From Streptosporangiaceae bacterium (GTDB taxonomy: Bacteria; Actinomycetota; Actinomycetes; Streptosporangiales; Streptosporangiaceae): a DNA stretch of 64,000 bases. Each line of letters begins with the position of its first letter. Within the stretch, counting starts at the first letter, position 1. Below the pieces are notes generated by a model. The model did no database searches. It was not told the DNA's origin and saw nothing but the letters and a program-made list of their open reading frames with translations. Location: assembly GCA_035606435.1 (NCBI GenBank), contig DATNFM010000054.1:3413-67412 (forward strand), written 5' to 3'. Position numbers and translations under genes: made by a program. Below are positions 61,092 to 64,000 of this stretch, piece by piece.

Positions 61092-62351
61092 GTGAGTATC
61101 CGGCGGGTGCTTTTTCTCGGGCTTGGCCACCTGTCCAACGGCGATATCAGCATCGCGGCCGACTTCGCGCGCCAGCTGCCTTCTGACCGCTTCGAGGTCG
61201 CGTTCGTCACGTCCGCTACCGCTGCGGCGTTCGTCCGGGCGACCGGCCTCGTCGTTCATCCCCTGGTGAGCCGCGACCCCGAGCGCAACCTGGACACCTT
61301 CGACCGGCTGGTGGCCGACTTCCGGCCCGACCTGTTCGTCGCGGCCGACGCCTACACGCTCTATTACTCCACCGCCTGGTCGGGCCTGTCCGTTCCGCTG
61401 CTGCGCGAGCGCTATGGCATCGCGCTCGCGAGCTTCGATCAGTACGACTACCTGGCCGCGGACTACGCCGTCGACTTCTACGGTGGCCACCGGACCCGGT
61501 TCCCGCGGCTGCTGGACGAGTGCGACCTGCTGATCCGCAACAGCCCGCTGAACCGTCCGGCGCCCAGCGACCCGGGAGTGATCGTGACTCGGATGGGCTG
61601 TGCCGGCGGCTCGTCGTCGCTACCGGTCTCGCGGCCGCACCGCGACCGGCCGACGGTCTTCCTCACGAACTCCCGCTGGGAGTCCGTGAACGTGGTGCAC
61701 TCGCCGGCCATGGGCCAGCTGATGGCCGCCATGCCGCGAATCCTGCACAGCCACCTGGCCGCCCTGCAACGCCCGCTTCGCGTGGTCCACATCGGGCCGG
61801 AACGGTGGGACTTCCCGGTCGCCCCGCAGCTCGACTACCGGTACGCGACGGGACTGCCGCCGGACGAGTTCCACGCGCAGCTGACCGGAGCCGACCTGTA
61901 CATCACCGGCAACGCCGTGTCGGTCACGCTGACGCAGGCGGTGCTCGCCGGGGTGCCGTGCCTGTTGCTCGACAACCACAAGATGCTCGACCTGTCTCGT
62001 CTGGCCAGGAACGGGTCCATCCCGGCCTGGCTGACCGAAGCCGCGCCCCAGCTGACCATCGCCTACCCGTTCCGGGTGTTCCCGTGGGGCTGGCACGACT
62101 TCCTGACGCCGGTGCTATCGGACAACCCGTACCTGGACTGCTTCCTGGCCGCCGGGGTGTTCGAGCGCCGCCGCGTGCTGGCCGCCATGACCCAGCTGCT
62201 CGACGATGCGACGGTGCGGGACCAGCTGGCCGAACGGCAAGCCGTCCTGCTCAAGCGCCTAGACGAGCTCCCGCCGGCCGGCGATGCGCTGGAGTCGGCT
62301 GAGTTCGCCCGCCCGGTTCGGGGCAGCCGCATTACTGAGGGAGCGTCATGA
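61092..62351 (+). CDS. Divergent GT-B-like protein, paralog C
   Basis: VLFLGLGHLSNGDISIAADFARQLP N-terminus; DLYITGNAVSVTLTQAVLAGVPCLLL C-terminal motif. Confidence 0.7.
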   Translation: MSIRRVLFLGLGHLSNGDISIAADFARQLPSDRFEVAFVTSATAAAFVRATGLVVHPLVSRDPERNLDTFDRLVADFRPDLFVAADAYTLYYSTAWSGLSVPLLRERYGIALASFDQYDYLAADYAVDFYGGHRTRFPRLLDECDLLIRNSPLNRPAPSDPGVIVTRMGCAGGSSSLPVSRPHRDRPTVFLTNSRWESVNVVHSPAMGQLMAAMPRILHSHLAALQRPLRVVHIGPERWDFPVAPQLDYRYATGLPPDEFHAQLTGADLYITGNAVSVTLTQAVLAGVPCLLLDNHKMLDLSRLARNGSIPAWLTEAAPQLTIAYPFRVFPWGWHDFLTPVLSDNPYLDCFLAAGVFERRRVLAAMTQLLDDATVRDQLAERQAVLLKRLDELPPAGDALESAEFARPVRGSRITEGAS

Positions 62352-63580
62352 CCGAACTGTGCTGCCCGCAGGGGGCCGATCCCCTGGAACCGTCGCTTCC
62401 TGTGATGCCGTTCGAGCAGGCGCATCCGCTGCAGCCGGCCCCGGTGCTGCGGGCGCTGGCCGAACGCGGCCCGATCCACCGGGTACGGACGCTGGTGGGC
62501 GACGAGGCGTGGCTGGTCACCGGATACGCGCAGATCCGATCGCTCTACAGCGGAGAATTGCTCGGCCGCTCGCACCCCAGGCCCGAGTGCGCGGCCCGGC
62601 TGACCGCCTCGGCGCTGTTCGGCGGGCGACCTCAGGAGAACTACGCCAGCGAGGACTCGGACCGGGCCTGGTTCAGGGACGTGCTGCACACCGTCATGTC
62701 GCCGGCGCCGCTGCGCGAGCTGCGCCCGTGGGTCGACGGGCTCGTCACCTCGCTGCTCGACGACCTCGCGGCCGCTCCGAGGCCGGCCGACCTGGTCGAC
62801 CTGGTGGCCGTGCCGCTGCCGACCTTGGTGATCTGCAAGCTGCTCGGGTTGCCTACCAGCTACGTGACGCGGTGCCGGGAACTAGCCGAGGCGATCGCCT
62901 GTCCCGACGACGAGCAGAAGTCCAAGGCCGGCCTGACCGAAATGACGGACCTACTGCGGCAGGTCGCGACCAGCGGCGAAGCCGAGCCAGGCGGGCTGAT
63001 CGCCAGGCTGCGTTCGAGTCCGTACCGGCTGCGCGCGCCGATCGTCGCGCACATCTGCTCGTCGCTGATGTTCACCGGTCATCACACCACGGTCGTGGCG
63101 ATCGGGTACGCGGCGCTGCTGTTGCTGCTGCATCCTGACCAGCATCAGGTCGTGCTGGCCGACCCCGGCCGGCTGCCCGACCTGATCGAGGAGAGCCTGC
63201 GGATCGGCAACGTGGGCGTCAATACCGGCGGCGGCAACGGCATCCCCACCTACGCCCGCACGGACATCCAGATCGGCGATGTGTGCGTTAAGGCCGGCGA
63301 TCTGGTCCTGCTGGATACCGGCGCCGGCAACCACGACGAGCAGGTCTTCGGCGACGCCTACCAGTTCGACATCGACCGGCCCGCCAATCCGCATCTGACC
63401 TTCGGTTACGGACGGCACTACTGCCCCGGCGCGGGCCTGGCCCGGATGGAACTGCAGGCTTTGCTTACCCAGCTCGTCCCCCGGTTCCCGACGATGCGGC
63501 TCGCCGCCGACCTCGCTGACCTGCGAGCCCACGACGATCAGATCACCGGCGGGCTGGTCGCGTTGCCGGTCACCTGGTGA
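62348..63580 (+). CDS. Cytochrome P450
   Basis: Heme-binding loop FGYGRHYCPGAGLA; ExxR (EESLR); I-helix FTGHHTT; ATGA overlap with the upstream gene. Confidence 0.9.
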   Translation: MTELCCPQGADPLEPSLPVMPFEQAHPLQPAPVLRALAERGPIHRVRTLVGDEAWLVTGYAQIRSLYSGELLGRSHPRPECAARLTASALFGGRPQENYASEDSDRAWFRDVLHTVMSPAPLRELRPWVDGLVTSLLDDLAAAPRPADLVDLVAVPLPTLVICKLLGLPTSYVTRCRELAEAIACPDDEQKSKAGLTEMTDLLRQVATSGEAEPGGLIARLRSSPYRLRAPIVAHICSSLMFTGHHTTVVAIGYAALLLLLHPDQHQVVLADPGRLPDLIEESLRIGNVGVNTGGGNGIPTYARTDIQIGDVCVKAGDLVLLDTGAGNHDEQVFGDAYQFDIDRPANPHLTFGYGRHYCPGAGLARMELQALLTQLVPRFPTMRLAADLADLRAHDDQITGGLVALPVTW

Positions 63581-63584
63581 TGCC

Positions 63585-64000
63585 GTGACGACCCTCGGGC
63601 CGGCCAGAGTCAGCCGGACCGCGCTCGGAGTCGCGATGGTCCGGGCGATGGAAAGCCGCCGTCGCGACCGGCTCTTCTGCGACCCGTACGCCGCCGCGTT
63701 CCTCGCCGCCGCGCCCGAGGTCTTCGATCGAGCCGAACGGGGCGCGGTGGCCTGCCTGTCCGGCCTGTCAGCCGCGGGCACCGCGTTCTGGTCTCGGGCC
63801 GTGATCCGCACCCGGTTCTTCGACGACTACCTGGTCGACGCCGTCGGTGCGGGCATACGTCAGGTCGTGCTGCTCGCGGCCGGGCTGGACACCAGGGCGT
63901 TCCGGCTGAACTGGCCGGCCGACGTGCGGCTGTTCGAGCTGGACCTGCCCGAGGTGCTCGAATTCAAGCGGCAGGTACTGGCGTCGCGATCGGCCAGGCC
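63585..64000 (+). CDS. SAM-dependent (carboxyl/O-) methyltransferase of the TIGR00027/LCM-like family, 3'-truncated by the window end
   Basis: Manual translation from GTG 63585: TTLGPARVSRTALGVAMVRAMESRRRDRLFCDPYAAAFL...VVLLAAGLDTRAFRL. Absent from the ORF track because no stop lies in the window. Confidence 0.7.
   Translation, partial: MTTLGPARVSRTALGVAMVRAMESRRRDRLFCDPYAAAFLAAAPEVFDRAERGAVACLSGLSAAGTAFWSRAVIRTRFFDDYLVDAVGAGIRQVVLLAAGLDTRAFRLNWPADVRLFELDLPEVLEFKRQVLASRSAR

Noticed and set aside
61600-61630. GGSSSLP segment of GT-B-like paralog C (GGCGGCTCGTCGTCGCTACCG) as a decayed element at the same interdomain position as the 57350 copy in paralog B
   Set aside because: The similarity is limited to TCGTC and Gly/Ser codons, and the orientation would be opposite. 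It could be ordinary linker sequence.
42395-64000. The locus as a mobile genomic island
   Set aside because: There is no integrase, transposase, tRNA or flanking direct repeat in the window. GC content looks similar to the rest by eye. The repeat-element enrichment alone does not show horizontal transfer.

Overview
High-GC (about 70%) actinomycete chromosomal window, judged from mycothiol-type enzymes, SARP and LAL regulators, the mannosyltransferase Pmt and a DUF5134/SCO copper pair. I support about 60 protein genes. I saw no rRNA, tRNA, CRISPR array, transposase or integrase. Bases 1-42 kb are a mixed housekeeping and accessory region. It holds OHCU decarboxylase, a LigC-type ligase, a prepilin peptidase, a LuxR/LAL regulator, MFS and TetR genes, a MerR-thioredoxin-DsbA-mycothiol redox operon, a PAS-GAF-PP2C phosphatase, a terpene synthase plus SDR pair, a copper-related DUF5134/SCO pair, a large XRE-NB-ARC-TPR regulator, Pmt, an S53 peptidase with ricin lectin domains, and a DrrAB-like ABC pair with a truncated permease. 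Bases 42.4-64 kb are the most interesting part. A SARP regulator is followed by a minus-strand operon (GT-A glycosyltransferase, ABC exporter, GlmU-like acetyltransferase). Diverging from that is a plus-strand operon of at least 15 tightly coupled genes. These are a sugar nucleotidyltransferase, a GT1, a B12-radical SAM enzyme, a 105-aa very acidic Cys-free peptide, two paralogous small radical SAM enzymes, two paralogous unknown proteins, three paralogous divergent GT-B-like proteins, a 448-aa orphan, a P450 and a methyltransferase. I do not recognise this as any characterised pathway. The second main signal is a family of short G-run/C-run hairpin repeats (core CCGGGGGG-ACGA-CCCCCCGG-AA-CCCCCCG) inserted in frame inside coding sequences. 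About ten copies lie in the 45-62 kb locus. Two of them belong to ~105-119 bp inverted repeats that bracket one gene while preserving ATGA start/stop coupling. The window also has two similarly built 20-bp-period repeat arrays sharing a GTGGTAAG core, candidate CsoR-like and TetR operators, and many in-frame tandem repeats. All functions are inferred by eye from motifs; no searches were run.
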